Below, piece by piece: positions 1-9,864 of a DNA stretch of 28,661 bases. The translations under genes and the position numbers were made by a program. Source of the stretch: an uncultured bacterium. Its GTDB lineage: Bacteria; Schekmanbacteria; GWA2-38-11; J061. The notes below the pieces were generated by a model. The model worked only from the letters and a program-made list of their open reading frames with translations, did not search any database and was not told where the DNA came from. The stretch covers positions 3,906 through 32,566 of the forward strand of contig CAZJVM010000030.1 of the NCBI GenBank assembly GCA_964549305.1, written 5' to 3'. Each line of letters begins with the position of its first letter. The stretch's first letter is position 1.

Positions 1-15
1 GACATACAACAATCC

Positions 16-45
16 TTGACTTGTTATAAAACACTCTGCTACAAA
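16..45 (+). promoter_or_regulatory. Putative sigma70 promoter for radA
   Basis: TTGACT (16-21), 18-nt spacer, TACAAA (40-45) preceded by TG (extended -10). Confidence 0.4.
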
Positions 46-128
46 TACCCTCCAAACTCTGTATATCTTGCCTCAGAATAACTCAGGGGAAGGCATACTT
101 TCAAATCGCATGGCAACACATTAAAAAC

Positions 129-1490
129 ATGAAGGAAAAAAAATTTTTTCAGTGTCAGTCCTGCGGATATGAGTCCGCAAAATGGCTCGGAAAATGTCCC
201 GACTGCAACGAATGGAACAGTTTCACCGAGGAGAAGAAAGTGCCTCTGAGGCGCGCGACTTTCAAGGTCCCCACCGCTGAAGGCAGGACGAAACCTCTCC
301 CTCTTTCGCAAATTGAACAAAATGAGGAAGCAAGAGTTAAAACGGGCATATCTGAATTTGACAGGGTGCTGGGAGGCGGAATTGTAAGAGGGTCAACAAT
401 ACTTATCGGAGGAAATCCGGGAATAGGAAAATCTACGATACTTCTTCAGGTGCTGGACTGCCTTTCCACTGCCGGAATAAACTCTCTCTACATATCGGGA
501 GAAGAATCGCCGGCGCAGATTAAACTTCGCGCCGACAGACTGGGGCTTAAAGCTGAAAATGTTCTCATACTCTCTGAAAACTGCTACGAGATAATAAAGG
601 ACCAGATAACGGCAATCAATCCCGGCGCCGTTGTCATCGATTCCATTCAGACGGTCTACACATCTCAGCTTCCATCATCTCCCGGAAGCGTCACCCAGCT
701 TCGCGAAGTTGCGGGACTTCTGATGTTTCTTGCAAAATCAATGGGAATACCTGTCATCTTCACGGGACATGTAACAAAGGACGGAAGCATCGCGGGTCCG
801 CGGGTGCTCGAGCATATCGTTGACGCGGTACTCTACATAGAAGGCGACAGCGGAAATTATTACCGTATTCTTCGAAATGCAAAAAACCGCTTTGGTTCCA
901 CAAACGAGATAGGAATATTTGAAATGCGAGAGGAAGGTATGATAGAGGTAAAGAATCCGTCGAGAGTTTTTCTTTCCGACAACAGCGAAACAGTTGCGGG
1001 TTCGGCAGTGGTTTGCTCGATGGAAGGGACAAGGCCCCTTCTTCTTGAAGTACAGGCCCTTGTTACACACTCCTCATTCGGTATTCCGCAGAGAGTGACA
1101 AAGGGACTTAACGCAAGGAGAACTTCCATACTGACAGCGGTGCTCGAGAAGAAGGTGGGAATGCGTCTTTCACAGCAGGACATATTCATCAATGTGGTTG
1201 GAGGCGCGGAAATCGATGAGCCTTCGGCAGACCTTGGCACTGTAATGGCGATAATATCCTCATTCCGGGATAAACCCGTAAAGGAGGATAGCGTATTTAC
1301 AGGAGAAGTGGGGCTTACGGGGGAAATCAGGACGGTAAGCAGAATAGAGCTTCAGATAAACGAAGCGGAAAAATTGGGGTTCAAGAGAATTTTTGTGCCT
1401 GCTGCAAATATGAAATCGCTAAAAGTGAAAAATTCGATTAAAATAGTGGAAGTAAATAATATAAAGGAAGCAATCAATGAAGCATTTTAA
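129..1490 (+). CDS. radA: DNA repair protein RadA/Sms
   Basis: N-terminal C4 zinc finger (CQSC...CPDC), Walker A GGNPGIGKS, KNRFG motif, Lon-like C-terminal domain; 453 aa. Confidence 0.98.
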   Translation: MKEKKFFQCQSCGYESAKWLGKCPDCNEWNSFTEEKKVPLRRATFKVPTAEGRTKPLPLSQIEQNEEARVKTGISEFDRVLGGGIVRGSTILIGGNPGIGKSTILLQVLDCLSTAGINSLYISGEESPAQIKLRADRLGLKAENVLILSENCYEIIKDQITAINPGAVVIDSIQTVYTSQLPSSPGSVTQLREVAGLLMFLAKSMGIPVIFTGHVTKDGSIAGPRVLEHIVDAVLYIEGDSGNYYRILRNAKNRFGSTNEIGIFEMREEGMIEVKNPSRVFLSDNSETVAGSAVVCSMEGTRPLLLEVQALVTHSSFGIPQRVTKGLNARRTSILTAVLEKKVGMRLSQQDIFINVVGGAEIDEPSADLGTVMAIISSFRDKPVKEDSVFTGEVGLTGEIRTVSRIELQINEAEKLGFKRIFVPAANMKSLKVKNSIKIVEVNNIKEAINEAF

Positions 1491-2718
1491 TAAATTTGTG
1501 AAGAAAGGAATTTCGGTTTTCCTTTTCATCCTCTGTGCGGTGATTTTTTTCTGCGGATGCACGAAAATTAAAGTGCTTTCGCCCGACATATCGGTGAGCA
1601 AGGTTTGGAAGAAGTCCCTTTACGGCTACAATGAATACTTCCTCGTGCAGTCATCGCCCGTGCTGAGCGATGTGAATTATGACGGCACTTACGATGTGGT
1701 CGCCGCAAATGCAAGTGGTTTCGTCTCCGCCTTCAACGGAAGGAACGGTTCGCTTCTCTGGAGATTCAAGGCGGAAGAAGGCATATACACCACTCCTGCG
1801 GTGGACGATGTAGTCGGTGTAGGAGGAAGGGAAATCGTCGTTGGCTCAATAGACAACAACCTCTACTGCCTTCTCGGTGAAAGGCGCAAACTCATTTGGA
1901 GTTACAGAACGGAAGATGACGTATCGGGCACTCCCGTAATTCTCAAGGCGGCAGGGGAAGGAAATATGAATGTGATTGCCGCGGCGGGATTTAAGCTATT
2001 CAGTCTTGCCGGTAAGGACGGCGGAGTAATCTGGAATATCGGGCTTCCCGCAAAAATATCCTCATCACCTGCTGTGGCGGATGTGAATGACGATGACACG
2101 GGAGAAATTCTTGTAGGGTGTGAAAACAAAAAGCTTTACTGCATAAGGGGCGAAGACGGCAAGAATCTGTGGGAATTCGAAACCGACGATCAGATTCTCT
2201 CCACTCCCGTTTCAAAGGACATAGACGGTGACGGAATTACGGAAGTCCTTTTCGGTTCCTGCGACAACAGAATTTATTGCCTTAACGGCAGAACAGGAGA
2301 GGAAATCTGGCATTTTGAAGCGGAAGACAATATCACGGCATCCCCGGCAGTTGAAAATGTCGCGGGCACCGGGGAAGATGAAATCATCTTTACGGCATGG
2401 GATAACCACATATACTGCCTTAACGGAAAGGATGGTTCGCTTTTGTGGAAATTCAAAACGGACAGCGCAAATATCTCCGCGCCACTTGTAACGCAATTAT
2501 ACGGCGCGGACACAAAACAGGTGCTTGCGGGCTCACTTGATAAAAACCTCTACTGCCTCGATGCGTCATCAGGCGGGCTTATTTGGAAATTCACAACAAG
2601 GGCGCCTATCTGGACAAGTCCGGCAGTGGCGGACATTGACAATGACGGAACGAAGGAAATAGTACTCTCATCGATAGACGACAGACTATACTGCCTTACA
2701 ACGGAAAAAAAAGAATAA
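1477..2718 (+). CDS. Beta-propeller repeat lipoprotein (PQQ-like/FG-GAP-like repeats)
   Basis: Lipobox-like FFCGC after a basic/hydrophobic N-terminus; about 8 repeats of about 46 aa of the form SSPAVADVNDDxxxEILVGxxDxxLYCLxGxDGxxLWxF; overlaps radA by 14 nt. Confidence 0.85.
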   Translation: MKHFNKFVKKGISVFLFILCAVIFFCGCTKIKVLSPDISVSKVWKKSLYGYNEYFLVQSSPVLSDVNYDGTYDVVAANASGFVSAFNGRNGSLLWRFKAEEGIYTTPAVDDVVGVGGREIVVGSIDNNLYCLLGERRKLIWSYRTEDDVSGTPVILKAAGEGNMNVIAAAGFKLFSLAGKDGGVIWNIGLPAKISSSPAVADVNDDDTGEILVGCENKKLYCIRGEDGKNLWEFETDDQILSTPVSKDIDGDGITEVLFGSCDNRIYCLNGRTGEEIWHFEAEDNITASPAVENVAGTGEDEIIFTAWDNHIYCLNGKDGSLLWKFKTDSANISAPLVTQLYGADTKQVLAGSLDKNLYCLDASSGGLIWKFTTRAPIWTSPAVADIDNDGTKEIVLSSIDDRLYCLTTEKKE

Positions 2719-2730
2719 GAAGGATGCTCA

Positions 2731-4635
2731 ATGGATAACAGATACTACATAACTACTCCCATATACTATGTAAATGATGTCCCCCACATAGGACACGCAT
2801 ACACATCCATTGCCTGTGATGTCGTTGCCCGCTTCAAAAGGCTTCGGGGGTTCAATGTTCTATTTTCAACGGGCACCGACGAGCACGGACAAAAGGTTGA
2901 AAAAGCCGCCACGGAAAAAGGGGAAACGCCAATCGAACTGGCGGACAGGGTCGTGGAAAGATTCAAGTCCCTCTGGAACACTCTGGACATAAAGAACGAC
3001 GATTTCATAAGAACAACGGAAAAGCGCCACGAAAAAGCGGTCGAGGAAATATTCAAAAGGATAATGGCAAAGGGTGATATTTATGAAGGATATTACGAAG
3101 ACTGGTACTGCACTCCCTGCGAAACCTTTTGGACGGAAATGCAGTTAACCGACGGCAACTGTCCCGATTGCGGAAGAAAAACCGAAAAGCTCAGGGAAAA
3201 AAGCTTCTTCTTTCGCCTGTCAAAATATGAAAAACTCCTGCTTGAGTTTTACGAAAAAAACCCTTCCTTCATCGAGCCGCAATCGAGAAGGAACGAAATA
3301 ATAAGTTTTGTCAAAGGCGGATTGAGAGACCTGAGTATAAGCCGCACATCCTTCAACTGGGGAATACCGGTGCCGGGCAACAAAGAGCATATTATCTATG
3401 TATGGTTTGACGCCCTTATTAACTACTTAACAGTTGCGGGATTCCCCGATGACGAGGAAAAATTTAAAGCTATGTGGCCCTGTGACGCTCACATAATAGG
3501 AAAAGACATCCTTCGCTTTCACTCCGTATTCTGGCCCGCGTTTCTCATGGCTGCCGACATCGAACCGCCGCGAAAGGTTTTTGCCCACGGGTGGTGGACA
3601 ATTGACGGACAGAAAATGTCGAAATCCCTGATGAATGTAGTTGAACCGAATAAGCTTGCAAAGGAATTCGGTGTTGATACGGTGCGCTATTTTCTTCTTC
3701 GTGAAGTCCCCTTCGGGCTCGACGGTGATTTTTCACAAACCGCCCTTACAAACCGCTACAACTCGGACCTCGCAAATGATTTGGGAAATCTTTTTTCCCG
3801 CTTCATTTCAATGGTAAAAAAATATCGCAAAAGTGAAATCCCTGAAGTTGACGAATCATTTTTTGCCGAGAATGATGAAAAGCTTCTCTGTGAAAAGGCA
3901 GTGAGTGTTTTCGATGAAGTATCGGAAATGACAGAATCGTTCTCATTCAGCAAGGCGCTCTCCTCACTCTGGTCGCTTCTAAACGAGCTTAACAGATACA
4001 TAGACCATAAGGCGCCGTGGGCGCTTGCAAAGAAGGAAGAGAACGAAGAGCTTGATAAAGTGCTTAACATAATTTACAGATGTCTCAAGGTGTCCACTGT
4101 ACTTCTTCACCCCTTTATGCCCGAACGCACTAACAAAATGTGGGAACTTTTAGGAATCGATGGAACTATTATCTCCGTTACGCCCGTAACATTTGCCAAA
4201 CTTTGGAGTATCGAGAAAAATATCAAAGTAAGAAAACCGGAAGCGCTTTTCCCGAGAATAGAAACGGAAGAAAAAAAGGAAGATACAAATATGGAAGAAG
4301 TAAAAGAAGAAGAAACTATTTCAATCGATGATTTTGCCAGGATTAAACTCAAAGTCGCAACTGTGCTTAAAGCGGAAAAAGTGCCGAAATCATCAAAACT
4401 TCTGCGCCTCGAAGTTGATGACGGAGAAGGGACAAGACAGATTGTCGCGGGCATATCGAAGCACTACGAACCGGAAAAGCTTGAAGGAAAGCAGGTTGTG
4501 ATAGTGGCAAACCTGAAACCCGTAAAGCTTATGGGTGTTGAATCAAGAGGAATGCTCCTCGCGGCAAGCGACAATGAAACCCTCGCGGTACTTACACCCG
4601 AATCTTCGGTGAAAAACGGCTCGAAAGTAAGATGA
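2731..4635 (+). CDS. metG: Methionine--tRNA ligase with C-terminal tRNA-binding domain
   Basis: YITTPIYYVN, HIGH, KMSKS, Zn knuckle CTPC/CPDC, C-terminal OB-fold (NLKPVKLMGVESRGMLL). Confidence 0.98.
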   Translation: MDNRYYITTPIYYVNDVPHIGHAYTSIACDVVARFKRLRGFNVLFSTGTDEHGQKVEKAATEKGETPIELADRVVERFKSLWNTLDIKNDDFIRTTEKRHEKAVEEIFKRIMAKGDIYEGYYEDWYCTPCETFWTEMQLTDGNCPDCGRKTEKLREKSFFFRLSKYEKLLLEFYEKNPSFIEPQSRRNEIISFVKGGLRDLSISRTSFNWGIPVPGNKEHIIYVWFDALINYLTVAGFPDDEEKFKAMWPCDAHIIGKDILRFHSVFWPAFLMAADIEPPRKVFAHGWWTIDGQKMSKSLMNVVEPNKLAKEFGVDTVRYFLLREVPFGLDGDFSQTALTNRYNSDLANDLGNLFSRFISMVKKYRKSEIPEVDESFFAENDEKLLCEKAVSVFDEVSEMTESFSFSKALSSLWSLLNELNRYIDHKAPWALAKKEENEELDKVLNIIYRCLKVSTVLLHPFMPERTNKMWELLGIDGTIISVTPVTFAKLWSIEKNIKVRKPEALFPRIETEEKKEDTNMEEVKEEETISIDDFARIKLKVATVLKAEKVPKSSKLLRLEVDDGEGTRQIVAGISKHYEPEKLEGKQVVIVANLKPVKLMGVESRGMLLAASDNETLAVLTPESSVKNGSKVR

Positions 4636-6005
4636 TTGTAGAAACACACGCACATCTTTCCTATCCCGATTTTCAGGACGACCTTGCGAAAATTATCAAA
4701 AGAGCGAAGGAAAAGAGAGTAGAGGCAATAATAACCGTTTCGACGGATATTGAATCCACGAGGGAAAACGCCGCGCTTTGCGAAAATGAGGAAAATATCT
4801 TTTTCACTCCGGGCATTCATCCCCACGACGCGCAAAAAGCAGGCGAAGATGATTTTGCCGAAATCGAATCGTATCTTAAAAACAATCCTCTTGCCGTTGG
4901 CATAGGAGAAACGGGACTCGATTTTTACCGCGACCACTCTCCCCGTGATATACAGGAAAAAGCGTTTACACGCTTTATCGACATGTCAAAAGAAACGGGA
5001 AAACCTCTCGTGATTCACTGCAGAGACGCATATGACAGAGTTTCCGAAATCATAAAAAGCGAGGATGCGGGATTCTCCGGAGGAGTAGTGCACTGTTTTT
5101 CCGGAAATTACCAATTCGCGAAGAAAATTCTTGATTACGGTTTTTACATAGGAGTGGGAGGCACTCTCACATATCCAAAATCGGATGGACTTCGGGAAGT
5201 AATAAAAAAAATTCCTATGGAAAGGATAGTGCTTGAAACGGACTGTCCCTATCTTTCGCCTCAACCGGTAAGGGGAAAAAGAAACGAGCCGTCATATCTT
5301 TCCTATGTGGTCGATGCACTTGCCGGATTAAGGGCGCTTTCCTCATCGGATATAGAAAGGATAACAACGCTTAACGCAAGCACGCTTTTTTCACTGGACA
5401 TCGTAAATCCTGAATCGGTGATAACCTATAAAATACGAAAATCCCTCTACGTAAATGTTACCAACCGATGTTCTAACAATTGCGTTTTCTGTCATCGCAG
5501 GGAACTTCCTGTTGTAAAGGGTCACCTTCTTCGCCTCGGAAGCGAGCCTGAATCGCGGGAGATAATCGGTGAAATAGGCGACCCGAAGCTTTACGATGAA
5601 ATAGTTTTCTGCGGTTACGGCGAACCGCTTATCAGATTGTGTACCGTTATCGAGGCGGCGCGCTATGTAAAGGAAAAAGGCGGAAGGGTGAGAATCAATA
5701 CAAACGGACAGGCAAATCTCATTCATAAAAGAAATATACTTCCTGACCTTGAAGGTATAGTTGACAGAATCTCCGTTAGTTTAAACGCGCATAATGCATC
5801 TCTTTATGAAAAACTGTGCCCTTCACAATTTGGCCCGCAAGCATACGAAGAGATTATCAGGTTTACCTCGCAGGCGAAGAAATATATTCCCGATGTTACG
5901 ATGACTGCAGTCACCGTTGATGAGGTTGACATAGAAAAATGCAGGGAAATTGCCGAATCAATCGGCGTTAATTTCAGGATAAGAGAATACAACGATGTTG
6001 GATAA
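4632..6005 (+). CDS. tatD: TatD-family nuclease fused to a TatD-associated radical SAM domain
   Basis: ETHAHL, GIHPH, IGETGLD, HCFSG and ETDCPY TatD motifs; C-terminal NVTNRCSNNCVFC (CxxxCxxC) and GYGEP; ATGA overlap with metG. Confidence 0.92.
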   Translation: MIVETHAHLSYPDFQDDLAKIIKRAKEKRVEAIITVSTDIESTRENAALCENEENIFFTPGIHPHDAQKAGEDDFAEIESYLKNNPLAVGIGETGLDFYRDHSPRDIQEKAFTRFIDMSKETGKPLVIHCRDAYDRVSEIIKSEDAGFSGGVVHCFSGNYQFAKKILDYGFYIGVGGTLTYPKSDGLREVIKKIPMERIVLETDCPYLSPQPVRGKRNEPSYLSYVVDALAGLRALSSSDIERITTLNASTLFSLDIVNPESVITYKIRKSLYVNVTNRCSNNCVFCHRRELPVVKGHLLRLGSEPESREIIGEIGDPKLYDEIVFCGYGEPLIRLCTVIEAARYVKEKGGRVRINTNGQANLIHKRNILPDLEGIVDRISVSLNAHNASLYEKLCPSQFGPQAYEEIIRFTSQAKKYIPDVTMTAVTVDEVDIEKCREIAESIGVNFRIREYNDVG

Positions 6006-6049
6006 AAAAAGAGAGGGATGAATTCTTTCATCCCCCCCTCAAATTTTTT
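6004..6049. terminator. Probable bidirectional intrinsic terminator between tatD and HU
   Basis: Stem GGGATGAA (6015-6022)/TTCATCCC (6027-6034), with an A-run on the left and a T-run on the right, between convergent genes. Confidence 0.65.
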
Positions 6050-6082
6050 CACCCTTACCGGAAAAAGTTGCCAACAACACTT

Positions 6083-6355
6083 TTATTTTACTTTGCCCTT
6101 TAAAGTTGCTCCAGCGCTGAACTTCGGAACTTTTCTTGCAGGAATAGTAATCTTGGCGCCTGTCTGCGGATTTCTGCCTATTCTTTTTTTCCTTTTTGAA
6201 ATTGCAAAAGTACCAAAACCGACTAAGGTCACTTTGTCACCTTTTTTAAGACTTTTTGTAACTGACTCAACAAAACAATTTAAAGCTCTCTCTGCTGCCG
6301 CTTTGGAGATGTCGGCCGATTTGGCCATTGCCGCTACAAGATCTCCCTTATTCAT
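6083..6355 (-). CDS. hup: DNA-binding protein HU
   Basis: 90 aa; MNKGDL...GFGTF...GRNPQTG...VPKF; GGAGGT RBS upstream. Confidence 0.97.
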   Translation of the reverse strand: MNKGDLVAAMAKSADISKAAAERALNCFVESVTKSLKKGDKVTLVGFGTFAISKRKKRIGRNPQTGAKITIPARKVPKFSAGATLKGKVK

Positions 6356-6400
6356 GATACCTCCTTTTCAATTTAAAGGTAAGGGTGAATTTATAAGAAA

Positions 6401-6429
6401 ATTATAAACTCGGAATCCTTGCCTGTCAA
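6401..6429 (-). promoter_or_regulatory. Consensus sigma70 promoter of HU
   Basis: Minus strand reads TTGACA-N17-TATAAT exactly. Confidence 0.85.
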
Positions 6430-6491
6430 CAATTTTAGCGAGATGGTATCTTTTTTTTCGCGTATATCAAGGGCTGGGACTGTTTGTGCTT

Positions 6492-6971
6492 TTACTGTTC
6501 CTCTACAATACTTATTTTACAAGGTGTTTCACGAATGATTCGATCCACTGACGAGCCAAAAAGCAGTTTTGAGATTTTTGATCTTTTGCTTCTTGTGAGA
6601 ATGACAAGGTCGGGAGAAATCTTTTTTATTTTTGACATTGTCTCTTCGGCGAAATCGCCTCGTTCAACAAAAACTGAATAAGATATTTCCTTTTCTCTCA
6701 AAATTTTTTCAATATCTTCGATTAGGGAATAACCTCTTTGCCTGTATTCCCTGAGAATTGTTTCGTGAAGTTCTTCCGAAGGTCTTTCGGGCAGAAGGTC
6801 CATTTCATGCATCTTCTCAAATACAATATCCGGAATATTTATATCAATAATGAAGAGGAGTTCCATGTGCGAATTGTTTTCAAGCGCCGTATCCACTGCA
6901 TACTCAACTGATTTCGGAGACTGCCTCGTAGAAGAGAGTACGAGCATTATCTTTTTTATTTTTTCAGCCAT
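6492..6971 (-). CDS. Universal stress protein (USP) family
   Basis: KKIMLVLS at the N-terminus, PDLVIL...LLFGSSVDRIIRETPCKI at the C-terminus; start moved to ATG 6971, giving a TGATG overlap with the transporter stop. Confidence 0.88.
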   Translation of the reverse strand: MAEKIKKIMLVLSSTRQSPKSVEYAVDTALENNSHMELLFIIDINIPDIVFEKMHEMDLLPERPSEELHETILREYRQRGYSLIEDIEKILREKEISYSVFVERGDFAEETMSKIKKISPDLVILTRSKRSKISKLLFGSSVDRIIRETPCKISIVEEQ

Positions 6972-8401
6972 CAGTAAACCAGTCCTATGAGAGGCCAATA
7001 GATTTTTGACACGACTATTACATTTATGAGCGAAATCACTGTAAGTATAAAGCCCGGCACTATCATATCCCTTACATTAATATATCCCGAAGAATATGCA
7101 ATAGCTGTTGCGGGAGTGCTCATTGGAAGGCAGAAAGCGAGTCCCGAGGGAATTGCGACGGCAAAGGTTATGACGCGGGAGTCTATACCGAATTGTTTCG
7201 AAAGGCTGATTGCCAGAGGCATCATTATTGCAACCACTGCGGAATTGCTTATTCCTTCCGTCAGATAAAGAGAGACACCCGCAATTATGATAAACAGCCA
7301 GAAACTTCCCGTAATGTAGTTGCCCACGAAAAGATTTGCCACCCAAAGCGCCGCGCCGCTTTTTTCGAGGGCAAATCCGAGACATATAGCGCCTCCGTAC
7401 ATTAGGATTATCCCCCAGTTGACGTTTTCCTCCACATCCTTCCATTTCACGAGTTTGAAAACAAAAATTACTACAACTGCAAAGATCGCGATGTTTGCAA
7501 TGCCCAGCATTTTGCTCAAAAACATCCAGCAAAAAACAGTGGCAATCATTATGACGCTTATCTGTTTTTCCCTGAAAGACATTTTTCCCAATGCCTTAAT
7601 CCTTTTCTCAAGATTTTTTTTGGCCGCTTCGATGTTTTTCACGTCTATTTTGAAAAATATGTTGAGAACCAAAAAAGCGAGAACAAGGTTTATGATGACA
7701 ATGGGAATCGCTGCCATCATCCATTCAAAAAAACCGATATAATTTCCTGTCGATTCATAGAGTATTTCCACTGCAAGGGGGTTTCTCGCGCCGCCCAAAA
7801 ATGTTCCGACGCCTCCGATTATGCAACCCCACGCAGGCGCAATGAATATTGCCTTCCCGTAACTGCTCTCCATAGGTTTCAGGCGAAGGACACGGGCAAT
7901 CTCCAGAACTATTGGAAAAATCATCGCCGCAACGGCGTGCTCTGAAATAAATAAGCTGAATACGGCAGGAACAAGAAAAAGAGTGACCAGAAGCTGAAAC
8001 GGTGAATTACCAAAACGATTCAGGAACAGTAGGGCAAGGCGCGTTGAAAGTCCCGAGCTTATAACTGCGGCGGCAAGTATGAACGCGCCGAGAATGAAAA
8101 AAACCGCCTTGTTTCCAAAGAGGGCATATGCCTCTCTGCTTTCCATTATTTTGAGAAGGGGCAGAAGTACTATTGCAAGGAGGCTCGTTATCTGAAGGGG
8201 AATCACCGCGCTCATCCAAAATAGAAGGCATATCGTAAAAACGGCAATTGCTCTCTGTCCCTCGACGGTTAACCCCCGGGGCGTTGGAAGGATAAGTATA
8301 AGAAGAAAAATCAGAATAAAAGAAATAATGTAAATCGAGCGCTTCTTTCCCAAAAGGAATCTGAGAGAAGACGAAATGATATCGGGCATAGTCCCATTCA
8401 T
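6971..8401 (-). CDS. DASS/SLC13 family divalent anion:sodium symporter
   Basis: Multi-TM protein; ISEHAVAA, IGGVGTFLGGARN, TEGISNSA, AFCLPMSTPATAIAY motifs; start may be 8389. Confidence 0.9.
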   Translation of the reverse strand: MNGTMPDIISSSLRFLLGKKRSIYIISFILIFLLILILPTPRGLTVEGQRAIAVFTICLLFWMSAVIPLQITSLLAIVLLPLLKIMESREAYALFGNKAVFFILGAFILAAAVISSGLSTRLALLFLNRFGNSPFQLLVTLFLVPAVFSLFISEHAVAAMIFPIVLEIARVLRLKPMESSYGKAIFIAPAWGCIIGGVGTFLGGARNPLAVEILYESTGNYIGFFEWMMAAIPIVIINLVLAFLVLNIFFKIDVKNIEAAKKNLEKRIKALGKMSFREKQISVIMIATVFCWMFLSKMLGIANIAIFAVVVIFVFKLVKWKDVEENVNWGIILMYGGAICLGFALEKSGAALWVANLFVGNYITGSFWLFIIIAGVSLYLTEGISNSAVVAIMMPLAISLSKQFGIDSRVITFAVAIPSGLAFCLPMSTPATAIAYSSGYINVRDMIVPGFILTVISLINVIVVSKIYWPLIGLVY

Positions 8402-8519
8402 AAAGAGAAATTTATCACAAATAATTCTTTGCGGTCAAATCGTCATTTTATCAGTGTCACCACATACCGAATCAAGACGTGAGCTTTTCCCGTGGCCTAT
8501 GAAAGAGAATTTGGAAAAT

Positions 8520-9269
8520 CTATATGCCGCTGCCGTCTATGTGTATTCCGCATTCCTTCTCACCGCATTCCCAGGGAAATTTTCCCGCTCTCTTATGGCG
8601 TCCCGGGAAAATTGGTATGTGGCAGGGTTGACAACCGATTACCTTATAGACTTCACCGTAAGGCGATTTGTAGTCATAAAGCTTGTTGTAAGGAAGGTTG
8701 TGCTCATTCGTGTAATCGTCTATATCCTTTTCAGTCCAGTCATAGAGAGGGTTTATCTTCAATATTTTGCGGGTATCCTTTTCCACTATTTCAACTTTAC
8801 GGGCATTGGATTTCCTGAAATCCGACTGGTCAAAGCGAAGTCCGCTAATCCATACATCGAGGGTTTTAAGCGCCCTTTCATTCGGTTCAACTTTTTTTAT
8901 TTTACAACATTCGCTTCGTCCGAATTTTGAATAATGGGGAAACTGCCCAAGGTCTCTTTGAAGGTTCTCGAGTTTTCCGGGGTCGGGTTTGAATCTTTCA
9001 ATCCTTATATTGTATCTTTTTTCAACTTCTTCGAGAAGATCGTATGTTTCCCTGAAATGACTAAGAGTATCCACAAAAAATACCCTGAAGTCATCAACTG
9101 CCTTTGATGCTATATCTATAATAGCAACACCGGTTTTCTGTAAACTCGTTCCTATTGCCGCTCTTTCACCAAACTCACTGAATGCCCACTCAAGCACCTT
9201 TGATGCCGGCAACTCTTCAAGAAACTCATATTTTCTCAACTCATCAACATTTTGAATTATCTGTTCCAT
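8520..9269 (-). CDS. cysH: APS/PAPS reductase (CysH family, Fe-S type)
   Basis: VDTLSHF, CC motif (ECCKIKKVEP), WISGLRFDQS, KINPL, IGCQPC, C-terminal KECGIH. Confidence 0.9.
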   Translation of the reverse strand: MEQIIQNVDELRKYEFLEELPASKVLEWAFSEFGERAAIGTSLQKTGVAIIDIASKAVDDFRVFFVDTLSHFRETYDLLEEVEKRYNIRIERFKPDPGKLENLQRDLGQFPHYSKFGRSECCKIKKVEPNERALKTLDVWISGLRFDQSDFRKSNARKVEIVEKDTRKILKINPLYDWTEKDIDDYTNEHNLPYNKLYDYKSPYGEVYKVIGCQPCHIPIFPGRHKRAGKFPWECGEKECGIHIDGSGI

Positions 9270-9676
9270 TATCTTTACCTCTGTATCGCATATAAATGAT
9301 ACTGAAAAATAGGCCTTTAGACACGTTCATTTTTCTTTTAAAGATATAAAACATATATTATCGTTTATGTCAAGATATTTTATACTACTATCAGTATATC
9401 CAATTTTTTATATATATTTCAATAAGTTTTATTATTACTGTTTTACTTATATTTCTCTCGTAGAGTAATCCCGAAAATATTATTTCTCTCCTGAAGGTAT
9501 GGAACTATTATGCGAATGTTTGATTTCCAATATTGTCCGACCACATTCCGCATTGTTTTCAACTACGTATAAAAAAATTCTTTAAGCTTATTACTTAAAT
9601 TAATCCCTTGGAACAATTATTGTCTTATTTTAAATTATTATACTATGTTTTATATTATTTAATATCATATTCTAAT

Positions 9677-9758
9677 GTGTCGGTTTTTTGAACACTTTTT
9701 ATCTTGTATTATCAGTATGTTACATTTTTTTTAAAAAAGTGTTCAGGAATCAATACAC
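9677..9758 (+). promoter_or_regulatory. Putative enhancer (bEBP) sites and IHF site upstream of the PEP-CTERM gene
   Basis: GTGTCGGTTTTTTGAACAC (TGT-N11-ACA, 9678-9694); IHF consensus TATCAGTATGTTA (9710-9722); AGTGTTCAGGAATCAATACACT (TGT-N12-ACA, 9740-9757). Confidence 0.6.
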
Positions 9759-9864
9759 TTTTTAGCAGTTTATAATATTTATTTAGATTATATATCTTTG
9801 TAAAAGAAATTATATTACAATAAATATCAATAAGATATCATATATTATTATTTACAATAGTGTT

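Noticed and set aside
1640-2700. DNA-level repeats (CTCTACTGCCT / TACTGCCTTAAC) as a repeat array
   Set aside because: They encode the LYCL motif of the protein's propeller blades and are not a CRISPR or non-coding repeat
6018-6407. 129-aa plus-strand ORF
   Set aside because: Antisense shadow of HU
8376-8930. 184-aa plus-strand ORF and the other short overlapping ORFs in the track
   Set aside because: They lie antisense or out of frame to well-supported genes and have no recognisable motifs
9349-9374. dif-like site (TTATGTCAA)
   Set aside because: No matching XerC arm at 6-nt spacing; it reads better as a minus-strand TTGACA -35 for cysH
9270-9676. Replication origin, CRISPR leader or ncRNA in the long AT-rich gap
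   Set aside because: No DnaA-box cluster, repeat-spacer array or recognisable structured RNA; divergent promoters explain the region
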